From an uncultured virus (IMG/VR IMGVR_UViG_3300023109_001645) (lineage: Duplodnaviria > Heunggongvirae > Uroviricota > Caudoviricetes): a DNA stretch of 64,000 nt. The stretch lies in the IMG/VR virus record IMGVR_UViG_3300023109_001645. One strand, written 5' to 3'. Both the position numbers and the translations under genes were made by a program. A model generated the notes under the pieces. The model did no database searches. It was not told the DNA's origin and saw only the letters and a list, made by a program, of their open reading frames with translations. Shown piece by piece: positions 19,901 to 30,900 of this stretch; within the stretch, counting starts at the first letter, position 1; every line of letters begins with the position of its first letter.

Positions 19901-22419
19901 ACATTGGTAGTCTCACCTGCTGTAATTGCACTAGTAACTATTCCTGTTAATGTTGTTACAGTTGCAAGTGCATCTGCTTCTTCAACAAATGCAGCATTAG
20001 TATATTGATTTAATGATCCGCGTACTGTTGCTGGAGCAAGATTTGACATAACTGCATCTGCAAGAGTTACAATATATCCAAGTGCTGCTGCTGTTTGTGT
20101 AGCATTATCTGCAACATACGTGTCGCCTGCTGCATTAAAATATGATTTAGCTGCTTTTACTGTACGGTCATTGCCGCCGTGTGATAAGTCCCATATAACT
20201 GCATCTAGTACTTGTCCTGTGTCTCTACGACATGAAGCTTCGAGATAAGAAAGACTTACTACTGATGTTCCTGTTGCGTCTGCTAGTGCAAAAATTGCGC
20301 CGCCTTTAGTTTCTGAAACTGTAAATGTAGTTGCGTTTAAAATAGTTTTTACAAAGTATTCTGTGCCTGCAACAAGGTTTCCAAAAGTAGTTGCAGCAAA
20401 CTTAACTGCTGTTTCTCCAGCTACCATCCAGCTTGTATCTGTTATAGTAATAGCATCTGTCGATGCAGTAGTTGCTGTTGCAGTATCGGTGTATGTAGCT
20501 GTGATATATTCAATAACTTCATCTTGTATAAAGCTTCTGTTTCTTTCTAAAAGAGTTTTTGCATTGTAGCGTATTGCACCTGCTTGTACTTGTTCGGTAG
20601 CATATCGTATTGTTTTCCATGGACGGTCCAATGTAACACCATAACTAGGTGCTGGCTCATCAGCTCCTCCAGCAGGTTCTACATAGAATACATTATTAAT
20701 AGCACCAAAACTTGTCCATTCCGGAGCATTAGCTGCGTTATTAACTTTGAGAACTTGACCTGGGGTTCCGATTGGTAATCTTGTTGGGCCTGCTCCACCA
20801 TAGTAGACAATGTCACCTTGTGTGGTTAAGTTTCCTGATTCTGCGCCTGCAACTAGTAAATTCCATTCACTGCCGTCAACATCTTGATCTGGTCTGTTTT
20901 GTAGTGTGACTTCGTCTGAAGTATGTGCAAGAACACAAATATAACTGTTTACACCATGTTGTACAGAATCGCCTGCATCATAGAATGTAGCATCAGTCCA
21001 AGTGCCCTTCCACTCCATGCCTTCATTAAGTCGCTGCCAGTATGTTGCATTTGGCGGACGTTCGCTTTCGTGTTTTAGAATACACAAATATGTGTATCCG
21101 CCCAATCGTACTACATCACCTTCAATGTATTCTCTAGTAGCACTATCTTCTTCATAGTCGCCAATGAATCTAAATCCTGTTGTAAACAAGTCCCACGCTA
21201 GAGCATTGTCGCTTGGCTTTAATCCAGCGTTGTTGGTTATAGAAACATAACTATAACCGCCATAGGTTACAAAGTCGCCTGGCTGATATGCTCTAACTGA
21301 ATCCCAGCTGTCTTCAAACTCAAGTCCTTCGACAAACTGTGCCCAATTGCTTTCGTCTGCTGCTAGGTTAGTTGCGCTTGCAGTGTGTTGTGTTGTACAA
21401 ATCCACAAGCCGCCGCCATATTTAACAACGTCATTGATTCTATATCTAGTACTAGCAGTCCAATCTGATCTATACTCTATACCTTTGTGTAGATAATCCC
21501 ATTTTGACTGATCTGCTTCTAATCCGTTTGCTAGCGATACATTACTAGTGTGTCCTTCGTTACAGATGTAAAGTGTGCCGCCGTAACGTACAATATCATT
21601 TACTCTGTATCTAGTAACAGTATTCCATGTATCAGTCCAATTAAATCCTTCTGAGAAAATATTCCATTTAGATTGATCAGCTTCTAAGCCTAGTGCAGCA
21701 GTAGCAGATGATGTATGGTCTAATGTACAAATATATATCGTGCCGCTGTATTTTACAATATCGTTTATTTTATATCTAGTTGAAACTGCCCAGTCTGTTT
21801 TGTAATCAAACCCTTCGGCGTACAAGTCCCATTTATTATTTACAGTATCGACAACTACATTTACTGTGGCAGCTCCGCCACCGCCAAGTAAGTCATCTGT
21901 TATTGTAATATTATCGCCTACTTTATACTGGCTGCCGCCATCGGTTACTGTAATAGATACTGCGCCGGTGCCGTCTACAACCGCAGTTACCGTTGCATCT
22001 AAACCTAGTCCTGTTGTAGAAGGTTTGATGTCTGTGTAAGTGCCAGCAGTTCTAAGTGGGTCTGGTTCTCCAACTGCACTAGCAGTTAATATTACACCGT
22101 CGTCTGCTTCCAAACCAAGTGTGAGAGTAGAACTAGTATGACCTTGAGTTGCAATGTATAATAGACCACCATACTTTACTATGTCATTTACTTTATAGTA
22201 AGTAGCTGGTTCCCAATCTGCTTTCCATTCAGTGCCATCTGAAATTTTATTCCAGTATGTTGCTTCCTGATCAGTAAACAATGTCGGAGCAGTATGACCT
22301 TGAATACATACATATGTGTTTCCGCCGTTGCGAACAATATCATCTTTGTAGTAGACTGTAGAAGAAACCCAATCGTTCTTCCAAATAAATCTAATTCTAC
22401 CTAATTTAAACTCTGCCAT
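16921..22419 (-). CDS. Large virion fibre/structural protein with CBM5/12-like repeats and a beta-helix domain (1832 aa)
   Basis: Repeated W.....Y..ND.V.YGG..Y.C...HTS, a FYV..G...PWKTIRYA ... GDELRS domain and C.RD modules. Paralog of 22450-27237. Confidence 0.7.
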   Translation of the reverse strand: MAEFKLGRIRFIWKNDWVSSTVYYKDDIVRNGGNTYVCIQGHTAPTLFTDQEATYWNKISDGTEWKADWEPATYYKVNDIVKYGGLLYIATQGHTSSTLTLGLEADDGVILTASAVGEPDPLRTAGTYTDIKPSTTGLGLDATVTAVVDGTGAVSITVTDGGSQYKVGDNITITDDLLGGGGAATVNVVVDTVNNKWDLYAEGFDYKTDWAVSTRYKINDIVKYSGTIYICTLDHTSSATAALGLEADQSKWNIFSEGFNWTDTWNTVTRYRVNDIVRYGGTLYICNEGHTSNVSLANGLEADQSKWDYLHKGIEYRSDWTASTRYRINDVVKYGGGLWICTTQHTASATNLAADESNWAQFVEGLEFEDSWDSVRAYQPGDFVTYGGYSYVSITNNAGLKPSDNALAWDLFTTGFRFIGDYEEDSATREYIEGDVVRLGGYTYLCILKHESERPPNATYWQRLNEGMEWKGTWTDATFYDAGDSVQHGVNSYICVLAHTSDEVTLQNRPDQDVDGSEWNLLVAGAESGNLTTQGDIVYYGGAGPTRLPIGTPGQVLKVNNAANAPEWTSFGAINNVFYVEPAGGADEPAPSYGVTLDRPWKTIRYATEQVQAGAIRYNAKTLLERNRSFIQDEVIEYITATYTDTATATTASTDAITITDTSWMVAGETAVKFAATTFGNLVAGTEYFVKTILNATTFTVSETKGGAIFALADATGTSVVSLSYLEASCRRDTGQVLDAVIWDLSHGGNDRTVKAAKSYFNAAGDTYVADNATQTAAALGYIVTLADAVMSNLAPATVRGSLNQYTNAAFVEEADALATVTTLTGIVTSAITAGETTNVPASVKPQHSIFVKTGNFSEVLPIIVPENTAVIGDELRSTRIAPAGSLVDSSDTTYTLAAIARLQAITSNIITQASVTKTTGNAQNPVTTSPAGAAAAGTFATELWQQIYDYIDYEVNGASGDSTVPVSYGSNTPNTTTDYTYAVETLELNRTFLVEEAIAFIADAYPAYVYEEDKCRRDVNRYIDAIKHDLIYTGNYKSLLYARYYTNAVSGSTTEDMFYMRNGTGLRNCTVNGLSGTLGSANAYGTKRPTAGAFVSLDPGWGPAHTDAWIINKSPYVQNVTTFGTGCVGCKIDGDLHDGGNDSIVANDFTQIISDGIGVWCTNLGRTELVSVFSYYGHIGYLAENGGKIRATNGNSSYGAFGTVAEGIDSTEVPVTGKVTNQYFDAIVHSVLTDGNNVLVLEYANAGQNYTTATDALRTITNIGAANSSRTKGTYYDVSGSSSASGTGQEFDIIVDDNGLCTVVINKGGSGHAASDVITIADSLLGGGGAPDFTFDVATIGDATEFTVTGEGFGAAVDNAQISNGGVFEVRLTDPADNKGGTGYLDAANVAQQGNTTQITLSNTDGRLSSQYVGMAIYLTTGVGAGQYAYIDTYNSGTKIATVKKMSDDTAGWDHVTGVAIEATLNDTTNYSIEPRVTFAAPSSGLYADTAKGRATVSDGAITMISIWDPGTGYTTAPVLTTTDPNNTVDVPHTVRIGNGVLKQPTWTSRGSGFVTASAELTGDGFADLYQPGTLVRVTNLSAAPLPGSNIEFADIPGEYFKLVNVRDLTGTGPFDAQLQLSPEITTTQAMEHDDDVTMRIRYSQVRLTGHDFLDIGTGNFTDTNYPGVPVNPIDPTKETFVGGGGRVFYTTTDQDGNFRVGGLFNVEQSTGTATLNADAFNISGLQELSLGAVELGGTGATITEFSVDGTFTANSDNIVPTQKAIKTYIASQIGGGAGELNVNSITAGSVLISGQEITTTTGNQINILQKVNYTGGISGSPVAMNYFLQQ

Positions 22420-22449
22420 TTAAAAACTCCGCTCTATTTAATATATTTA

Positions 22450-25400
22450 TCATATTCCAAACAACTGTTGTGCTAACATGTCGCCATCGATGCCGCCTAT
22501 TTGGTGTACGCTTACAGGAATATTTATTTGTAATCCTGATGTTGTTGTAATGTTATTACTTGATACTTTAACCTGTCCAGCAATTAATGTATTAGTAGAA
22601 GCATCTGCTCCACCACTACTAATTCTACTTTCCAAATAAGATATAATTGCTGCTTCAGTTGGAACAATGTTGTTTGAATTTGCTATAAATGTTGCATCTT
22701 TACTAAATTCTTTAATAACAACAGCACTGCCGCCAACTTGTATTCCGCCTAGTGATAATTCAGAAAGTCCGTCGAGTTCGAACAAGTCTGCATTAACAGT
22801 TACGATACCGCTAGCTTGTTCAACTTGGAACAACTCACCAACTCTAAAGTTACCATCCTGGTCAGTACTTGTATAAAATACTCGTCCTCCGCCATTATCA
22901 ACAGTTTCATTAAACGGTTGTCTAGGTGTATTTGGATCTTCGCCTTCTAGATATAATTGAGGATATCTTGTGCTAGTGGTATTACCTGTTCCAATATCTA
23001 AGAAGTCATGTCCTGTTAGACGCACTTGGCTATACTGTTCTCGTATAATCAATGTTTCTTCGTGATTAGGTGAATTCTGATTGGTAATAGTAGGACTAAT
23101 ATTAGCTTCAATAATTAAGTTAGGTGCTACTCCAGTTTCTGAAACAATTTTTGTTAATCTGTATGTAACATCGTCGATGCCATTAATAACAACGTTTGCG
23201 CCTGGTCCTGGTGTTCTAAGAACATTTTTTAATTTTATTGTTTTTCCAGTTTGGAATATATCAGCAAATCCATCGCCTCCAACTACTGCCGTAGCAGTAA
23301 TATATCCAGCACCTCTATTAGTAAATATTGGTTGTGGTAGTACACCGTCAAATATTCTCGGTTGATTTAACCCTTCTATTGTTTTTTCAGGATCGACTAT
23401 TAATATTCCTGGAACTGTTGTATAGTTTGCGCCCGGATCGTACATTATAAATTTTTGAAGTCTACTTGAACTTACTGTAACTCTAGCAATTGCTCCTGCG
23501 CCAGATTGTAAAGTTATTATTGAATTTCCAGCACTACCAGCGCCGCCATCGCCGCGAATGAACCATGCGCCTTCAGGTGTACTTGTTGATCCTGCAAGAC
23601 TATGCCCAGCATCATTTAATGAGTATGCTGTACTATCTTCAGAGAACCATTGCCAAGCAAATCCGTCTTTTGATTTTGCCATATAATTTGTCAAAGCTGA
23701 GTTTACAGTTGTTGTAGCAATAAACTCTCCATGAGCATATATAATATCGGTCAAGCCAGTTGCTGCTGGCAATGTTTCTAAATGTGCATCATCGGAATAC
23801 CAAGTTGCACCGTCAAAACTATATGCAGCATTTTTATCGCCAACTGCTACAAATCTACCATTACCATACGTAACATCAGTCCATGTAACAGATGTGTCTA
23901 ATACTCCAGTCTGTAATGTCCAGTTCACCCCTTCATTTACACTTGTTAGTGCAGTGCCATTGGTTTGTAACAATACCCAAATACCGTTTCCGTATGCAAC
24001 ACCTATTATACTACCACCAGAAGAAATGCCGCCGATAGCTTGATTAGTAACGCCGTCTGGTGTAAATCTAGTAACTCCACCAGTGCTCGATAACATACTA
24101 AGACCTGTTGATTGATTTGTTGCTAACCCTGTGTAGGCGAAGTTTGAAATTGCAAAGTTAGTCCATGTTGATGTTGATGTATCATAGTTGTAAACTACTG
24201 GACCGTTTTGGAAGAACATATTAGTCCCTGAAGCTCCAGTAGGGCCAAAGCCCCATGCTACATTTAAATCTTCGCCTGCTGTAAACGTTGTGCCGTCAGT
24301 ACTTATTGCTGTTTCTCCTAAGCGATTTATTACTACATACGTTCCGTTTGAGTATTGAATTGCTGATGCCCATTTGCCGCCTTCGCCGGCTGTTAAAAAA
24401 TCTGTAGGGAAAGTTTTTGATGTGTTATTGTTTATAGTTACACCTGGGTCATCTATTATAACTCTTGGCTCTAAACTATATCTAGTTGTTGCATCTAATG
24501 TTGTTTCAATTGGTCTTCCGGGATATAAATTTTCCCAACCACTAGTATCGTTATATTCTTTACTAACAATTGCAACTTTGGTCAATTCGTCGTACCCAGT
24601 AATGTACCCGTATTGACCTACACCTTTACCTGAAACAATTACAATTCTCATACCTATATATTTTTCAGGTGTCCCTGTGCTGTCCGAAGCAGCTAGCGTT
24701 ATTGATCCAGTATTGCCGCCTTGAGCATTGTTCAGCAAGTATTGATAATTTAGTCCGCCTGGCGTACTTGAATCAGAAGGATCAATTAATCTAATTTGTG
24801 ATATAGCGTTATTTCTATATTCATCATATGCTACTGTAGCATTAATACCTGGTCCTGATATAGTAGAAGTTGCACTGGTGTAACTTTGACCAGCATGATC
24901 ATAACCAAATGCTACTAATTCATTACCATTAGTATGTACAATATTTACTTGTGCTTCTAATGTGCGGTTGTCTATTTCAGCTGTGATCGGTGTTTCGTTA
25001 GCATCAAATCCTTCTGCTACACTTCCGTATGTACCATAACTGTTGTTGCCGTTAGTAGCACGTAATACGCCGCCGTTTTCAGCCAAATAACCGATATGAC
25101 AGAAATACGTAAACACTGATACAAGTTCTGATCTACCACCATTAAGTGCCCAATATCCAATACCGTCACTTAATACTTGTGTAAAGTCATTAGCAACAAC
25201 TGATTTGTTTCCGCCGTTGTGTAATGATCCATCAATTTTCATACCTATACATCCAGTACCGAATGTAGTTACATTTTGTACATAGCATGATTTATTAGTA
25301 ATCCAAACAGAAGTGTCAGCTGGGCCAGTGCCCGGATCAAGACTTACAAATGCGCCAGCTGTTGGACGTTGAGTAAAATATTGATTTGGCGTACCTAATG

Positions 25401-27237
25401 TTCCTGTTAACCCTTGAAGCGTCATATTTCTAATACCACTACCATTGTTTACTAGAAACATGTTTATTAGTTCATAACCAGCAGCTGGTTGAATAACAGT
25501 ACTTCTTAATTCGTCTCCTACCAATGCACAGTTTCTTGGAACTTTAATAGGCAACTGTTCGTTATATTGTCCAGTTTTAATAAAAATAGTAGTGTTTACG
25601 TTGCTAGTATCTATGTTAGCTTGGATATACTCGCATGCATATTTTACTGTTTGAAACGGTGCGTTTAGAGTTAAGCCTGCTCCGGCAACATTTATTCCTT
25701 CTGGTGCTACATAAAATACTTTGGTTACTTCTTCAAAGTTTTGCCAAAGTATATCACCAGCCGAAGCTTTTAAAAGATTACCAGCCGAACCAATTGCAAA
25801 GCGTGTAGTTTCAGTACCGTCGTGTGTTCTTAAATCACCTCTGTAAGCTAGTACATTACTAGCAGTACCTTGGATCAATACTGTCCAATAATTGTCTGTT
25901 AGATTTTCAATATCTAAATCAGGACGATTATCACTTTCTGTACCTAAGTGGCGAGCAATACAAATATATGCAGTGCCTGCATATGTTACAACGTCACCTA
26001 AATGATACTCTACATTGTCAATCCATGCGTTTTTCCACTTGCGTCCAGTAACTAATACTTGCCATTTAGTATCATCAGTATCTGGTTTTATTCCTGTACT
26101 GTCACCTATTGCAATATAAAGATATCCCTGGTCTCTTATAACACTTCCTGTTTTATAAGCAGTAGCTGATAACCAGTCGCCTAAATGTTTGTAACCAGCA
26201 ACAAGTAGTTCCCAATCGCCTGTATCTTGTAGTATTCCATTTACACTAGGAACACTATTTAAACTAGCATTTAATGCAGTGTACGCATATCCGCCGTACA
26301 TAACAATATCGCCTGCATCATACTCAGCATCGGCTTCCCATATAGCTTCGAATTCAAGTCCTGGAACATAAATTTCCCAACTAGCTATATCACTTCTTAG
26401 AGCGGATCCAGCTGTGTGTCCTTGAATTGCTCTCCATAATGATCCGCCTGATTTTACAACATCATACTTTTTATACCGTATTGCAGATGTCCAGTTGCCT
26501 TTGTATTCAATACCTTCTAAGAATATTTCCCATTTTGACTGATCATTTTCGAGACCGTCATCAATGTCATCTGTGCTTGTATGACCTTCTAAACATCTAT
26601 AACTAATAGCACCATATTTTACAATATCATCTACGGTATATCGAGTACTTATAGTCCAATCAGTTCTCCAATTATCGCTTCTTGAAACAATATTCCATTT
26701 GCTTTGATCATCTTCAAGTCCTAGAGCATACGAATTTGCAGCAACATGTTTTTCAATACAAATATAAGTTATACCATTGTATATTACAACATCGCCTAAA
26801 TTATAATATTGAAAAACAGCTGGGTTAGCAGTTGGATCACTAGGTGTCCACGTGTTTAACCAATTGTATGTTGTTGCAACAATTGTCCATTTTTCAATAT
26901 CTTGTATTAGTCCTTGTGATACAATGTTAGTAGATGAATGTTCAACAATACATTGATATACATAGCCACTGAATTTAACTAAATCGCCTCTGTTGTAATA
27001 GGTGCTGTATAACCAATCACTGCGCCATTGTGTGCCGTCGAACATTAATTCCCAGCGTGTATTAGGGGCTGCTAGATTTAAATCTGCATAAATGTTGCCT
27101 GCGGCTGATTCATGTCCGATTAAACATACATATGTTTTACCTTGGAATCTAACAATGTCGTCTTTAACGTAGTTAGTTGAGGCAATCCAATCGCCTTTCC
27201 ATCTAAACCTAATTCGTTCTAAATTAAACTCTGCCAT
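22450..27237 (-). CDS. Large virion fibre/structural protein with CBM5/12-like repeats, beta-helix and propeller-like segment (1595 aa)
   Basis: MAEF.L.RIRF.WK.DW N-terminus and SQVRLTGHDFLDIGTG C-terminal region shared with 16921-22419. VAYGNG/VTYGNGRFVAVG repeats. Confidence 0.7.
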   Translation of the reverse strand: MAEFNLERIRFRWKGDWIASTNYVKDDIVRFQGKTYVCLIGHESAAGNIYADLNLAAPNTRWELMFDGTQWRSDWLYSTYYNRGDLVKFSGYVYQCIVEHSSTNIVSQGLIQDIEKWTIVATTYNWLNTWTPSDPTANPAVFQYYNLGDVVIYNGITYICIEKHVAANSYALGLEDDQSKWNIVSRSDNWRTDWTISTRYTVDDIVKYGAISYRCLEGHTSTDDIDDGLENDQSKWEIFLEGIEYKGNWTSAIRYKKYDVVKSGGSLWRAIQGHTAGSALRSDIASWEIYVPGLEFEAIWEADAEYDAGDIVMYGGYAYTALNASLNSVPSVNGILQDTGDWELLVAGYKHLGDWLSATAYKTGSVIRDQGYLYIAIGDSTGIKPDTDDTKWQVLVTGRKWKNAWIDNVEYHLGDVVTYAGTAYICIARHLGTESDNRPDLDIENLTDNYWTVLIQGTASNVLAYRGDLRTHDGTETTRFAIGSAGNLLKASAGDILWQNFEEVTKVFYVAPEGINVAGAGLTLNAPFQTVKYACEYIQANIDTSNVNTTIFIKTGQYNEQLPIKVPRNCALVGDELRSTVIQPAAGYELINMFLVNNGSGIRNMTLQGLTGTLGTPNQYFTQRPTAGAFVSLDPGTGPADTSVWITNKSCYVQNVTTFGTGCIGMKIDGSLHNGGNKSVVANDFTQVLSDGIGYWALNGGRSELVSVFTYFCHIGYLAENGGVLRATNGNNSYGTYGSVAEGFDANETPITAEIDNRTLEAQVNIVHTNGNELVAFGYDHAGQSYTSATSTISGPGINATVAYDEYRNNAISQIRLIDPSDSSTPGGLNYQYLLNNAQGGNTGSITLAASDSTGTPEKYIGMRIVIVSGKGVGQYGYITGYDELTKVAIVSKEYNDTSGWENLYPGRPIETTLDATTRYSLEPRVIIDDPGVTINNNTSKTFPTDFLTAGEGGKWASAIQYSNGTYVVINRLGETAISTDGTTFTAGEDLNVAWGFGPTGASGTNMFFQNGPVVYNYDTSTSTWTNFAISNFAYTGLATNQSTGLSMLSSTGGVTRFTPDGVTNQAIGGISSGGSIIGVAYGNGIWVLLQTNGTALTSVNEGVNWTLQTGVLDTSVTWTDVTYGNGRFVAVGDKNAAYSFDGATWYSDDAHLETLPAATGLTDIIYAHGEFIATTTVNSALTNYMAKSKDGFAWQWFSEDSTAYSLNDAGHSLAGSTSTPEGAWFIRGDGGAGSAGNSIITLQSGAGAIARVTVSSSRLQKFIMYDPGANYTTVPGILIVDPEKTIEGLNQPRIFDGVLPQPIFTNRGAGYITATAVVGGDGFADIFQTGKTIKLKNVLRTPGPGANVVINGIDDVTYRLTKIVSETGVAPNLIIEANISPTITNQNSPNHEETLIIREQYSQVRLTGHDFLDIGTGNTTSTRYPQLYLEGEDPNTPRQPFNETVDNGGGRVFYTSTDQDGNFRVGELFQVEQASGIVTVNADLFELDGLSELSLGGIQVGGSAVVIKEFSKDATFIANSNNIVPTEAAIISYLESRISSGGADASTNTLIAGQVKVSSNNITTTSGLQINIPVSVHQIGGIDGDMLAQQLFGI

Positions 27238-27249
27238 TTACCTTCTCTC

Positions 27250-27621
27250 TTATAATCCGTTTGATGATGAATTTTCATCATATGTAAAGCTGTGATTTAC
27301 TCTTGCTATTAATTCGCCTTCTGAATTAATGTAGTAAGATATATTTCTACCATCCCAACGTAGTTGTTCATAATTTAAATTTTCATAAACTAAATTATGA
27401 TTAACATCTCTACCTTCGTAAAAGTCTTGACCTTCTTGAAAACTAGGATAATTTTTTGTTGGGTCGCCTGGGTTGTTTATTGTAACACCATCAGTCGTTG
27501 ACATTTGATCCATTTTTCCGATAAACAATTCGCCTTGGTCAGTTCTGCGTAATCCATAAAAATATCTATCTGGAATTGCTCCGTCTAAATGATCTGGTGT
27601 TGTACCTGTGTAATTTGACAT
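27250..27621 (-). CDS. Hypothetical structural protein
   Basis: 123 aa ORF in the operon, with an AGGA RBS. Confidence 0.6.
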   Translation of the reverse strand: MSNYTGTTPDHLDGAIPDRYFYGLRRTDQGELFIGKMDQMSTTDGVTINNPGDPTKNYPSFQEGQDFYEGRDVNHNLVYENLNYEQLRWDGRNISYYINSEGELIARVNHSFTYDENSSSNGL

Positions 27622-27631
27622 AATTTATTCC

Positions 27632-27961
27632 TTATACAATATCTACGTAACTAATAACTGCATCTAATGCTGCATCGGTGCTAGCAACTATATATAATTC
27701 ATTATCCGGAGCAAGTATTAATTTTTCTCCTGCTGCTAGTGCTTTTAAACTACTATTTGGCGGTACCATAACGTCTTTCATTAGATAACCTTCAACACTT
27801 GTGTCATCGTGTACTAGTATACTTGCGTAAACTATAAAATCTGTTAGGTTAGCTAAGTTGAGACCAATAATAGTTGATCTTGTAGCTGCATCTGTTTCTA
27901 GTACAAGTATAGGAACTGGTCCTACTTCTTTTACTACTTTGTTTTTAAATTGTGTTGCCAT
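27632..27961 (-). CDS. Small virion structural protein (paralog family A)
   Basis: IIGLNLAN ... GEKLILAPDNEL ... DAVISYV. Confidence 0.6.
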   Translation of the reverse strand: MATQFKNKVVKEVGPVPILVLETDAATRSTIIGLNLANLTDFIVYASILVHDDTSVEGYLMKDVMVPPNSSLKALAAGEKLILAPDNELYIVASTDAALDAVISYVDIV

Positions 27962-27967
27962 CGTTTC

Positions 27968-30900
27968 TTATCCTAGTGTTAGTACGTATTCAATTGCTAA
28001 ATCTTCTGCTGCTGAAAAACTAATCGAGCCTGTTGCGCCTGCAACTGATACCCAGCTAAATCCGTCCCATATTTCTAAATATCTTTGTTCTGTGTTGTAA
28101 CGAACCATTCCTGTTTCTCTATATGCTTGCGCAGGACGTTGAACATTTGATCCAACAGGAACAATAAATCCTCCTGTGCCATCAATTTTAAAGTAGCCAG
28201 AACCTTGCTGTTCAAAATTAAAAACTCCATCTACTTCAGTGTTTGTAACAGTCGAGTCTTTAAATGCAATATTATCAATTACAACTGATCCTGTGCCATT
28301 TGCACTCAATGTTAAATCAGTATTTGCTGTTTCAGTAGTTATAGAATTACCATCAATACTTATATCATCAACTTCTATTCTCGGAGTAGATAGTTTATCT
28401 GCATCAATTGTAGTAACTACGCTGTCTTGAATGTAGAATCTAATTACGCCATCGTTTGCGCCAGGAGTAAGTTCTGCTGTAATACGTGTGTCTAAATCTA
28501 AATCGTAAACACCGTTAAGTGCCATCCAGTTGCCGTCATAGCCTTCATACAAATTAGTATCAGTATTATAACGAATCATACCAGTGGCTGGTGTTGGACG
28601 ACTAGCTGTGTCACCTTTTGGAAGTTGTAGAGCACTTGTTGAATTAATTCTAACAGTGCCGCTGTCTGCGTCTAAGTTGATATCTCCAGTTAAACTTTCA
28701 ATAGTGTTGCCACTTAATCTTAAATTACCTGTATCAATCTTTTCGCCAGTAATAGTTGTTTGACTTCCGCCTGTAGTAATTGTTATACCACTTGACGTAT
28801 TAATGTTAAATGTTGAACTACTAAAGTCTACAGTACCGTCTTCTTGATTAACATAAAATAAATCTCCAACTCTAAAATCACCTTTGTGATCTACTGAGCT
28901 GTATCTTATTTGTGCATTATTTAATTCAACAACTTCGTTTGCTTGTATTACATTATTATCATCGTTGTCTACTTCTTTACCTACACCAATGTATGCTAAG
29001 TTTTGACTTATCAAGTACATTAGTACACCTGGTCCATCACCAACTATACCAAAATTGCCGTAAACACAAGCACTCGCAATTGAACGAACTTCTGCGCCGA
29101 ACTCTGTTTGATCTGCTAGTGTAACAAAATTAGCAGTAGAACCGTTACTGAATCTTAAATCTTGTGAGTTAAGTGTATCGTCAACAATTGTAGTTGCACC
29201 ATCTACTGCATTATTAAAATGTAATAATAGTTTAGTATCAGTATCACTTGCAAATTCTGATGCAGGTACTACAAAGTTTCCTGTATATCTTGCTAGGTCT
29301 TTTGTAACTCTAAATTCATCTACGTAGCCGTCTAGTTTATTTGCACCATCCCAACGGGCACCAATAATAAGAGGTTTAGCAATATCATAATCTACCGGAG
29401 ATACTGTCCATGTTCCTTGACTCGAACCGTTTAAAAATAATCTTGTATCGTTACCGTTGCGACTGATTGCAATGTGGTACCATTGTCCTGTTGTTAGTGT
29501 TGCACCTGTAATTCTATCTGCACTATATGAGTAAAAGCGCAGTTCGCCGCCGGCATCAATATAAACTACTGGTGCTACGTCTGATCCTGCACCTGCTCTA
29601 AAATCGAATAAGTTTGTAATAGCAGCTACACTATTAAAATAAAACCAACCTTCTACAGTATAATTGCCTGTGCCAAACCCAAAATCATTGTTTGATGCTA
29701 TTCCGATATAATCAGTAGTACCATTAAGTTCTAAGCTACTAGTTCCAAACTTTTTAATTGTAGTATCTGTTGTTGGTGTTCCGTATTTGGTTATTATTTT
29801 TCCGCCACGTTCACCAGCAGTTTCTAATCCTGTTAAATTACCTGGTATATAAAATTTACCATCTGAATCAACACTATCAATTGTTCCTGTTGCAAGAACT
29901 GTAACACCATCTGTATCATAGTAGGTGAATGTGTTTCCAGGAGTAATTGTTCCGCCTGATAGTCCTCCTACTCTAACTGCTGTTTTGCCTGTGCCACGTA
30001 AACCTGTTGCGCCATCAACGCCATAAATGCCTCTATTAGCAAAATATGTAAATGAATTTAACCATTCTATTCTAGCGCCATTTGTTGCTGTAATAGCGTC
30101 TACACCGGGTGTAATAAATGTAGCACTATGGAACAGCATAGTAGCTTCCAAGCTTGTAGCGCCTGCTACAGCGCCGTCTATGTACGCTCCTTTGCCAGCA
30201 TCGCCTTCGTTAAAGCCTCTAGGATCAGCGGCGCTTGTAACGCTGCCTTGTGTGATAACACTGATATTTCTAATGTAGGGTGAACGATTATTTCCTGATA
30301 CTGTGAATCCTGTTGCTAGTTTAAATGCGTATCCTGTGTAAAATCCTGAAATAGTTAAATCTTCTATTGTGCTGCCACCGTTGAGCAAGAATGCATCATT
30401 ACTCTGTGTAGCAACTGTTGGAGTAATATTAACTCCACGTATGCTGTGACCTTTTACAGTAACGCCTGTAGGCACAGTCATCGGAAATGCTTCTTGATAC
30501 ACGCCTGGATAAATGTGTATTGTGTCGCCACTTGTAGCTTGACTTAGGGCATATTTTAGAGTGCCAAATGGATCGTTAGGATGATCGCCTGTATAAGTAT
30601 CGTCACCGTTTTCAGCAACATAATAAATATTGCCTTGACGTAGTGCAATATCAACACCGTCTACTATAATAGAATCTGTGGTAACTGTTCCTGCATAAAA
30701 ATTCTGTGTGTGAACATCTGCCCACGTTTTTCCAGATTCGCCTAGTTTGTATGTGTTGTCAGCATCTGGTATAATATCTGAATTAATTTCTGCGTTAAAT
30801 GTAATATTATCAGTATCAGCATCACCAATAGTAATGTTACCATCTGCTGTAATATTACCTGTTGCTGTAATATTACCTGTTACATTTGTATCTGCAAATA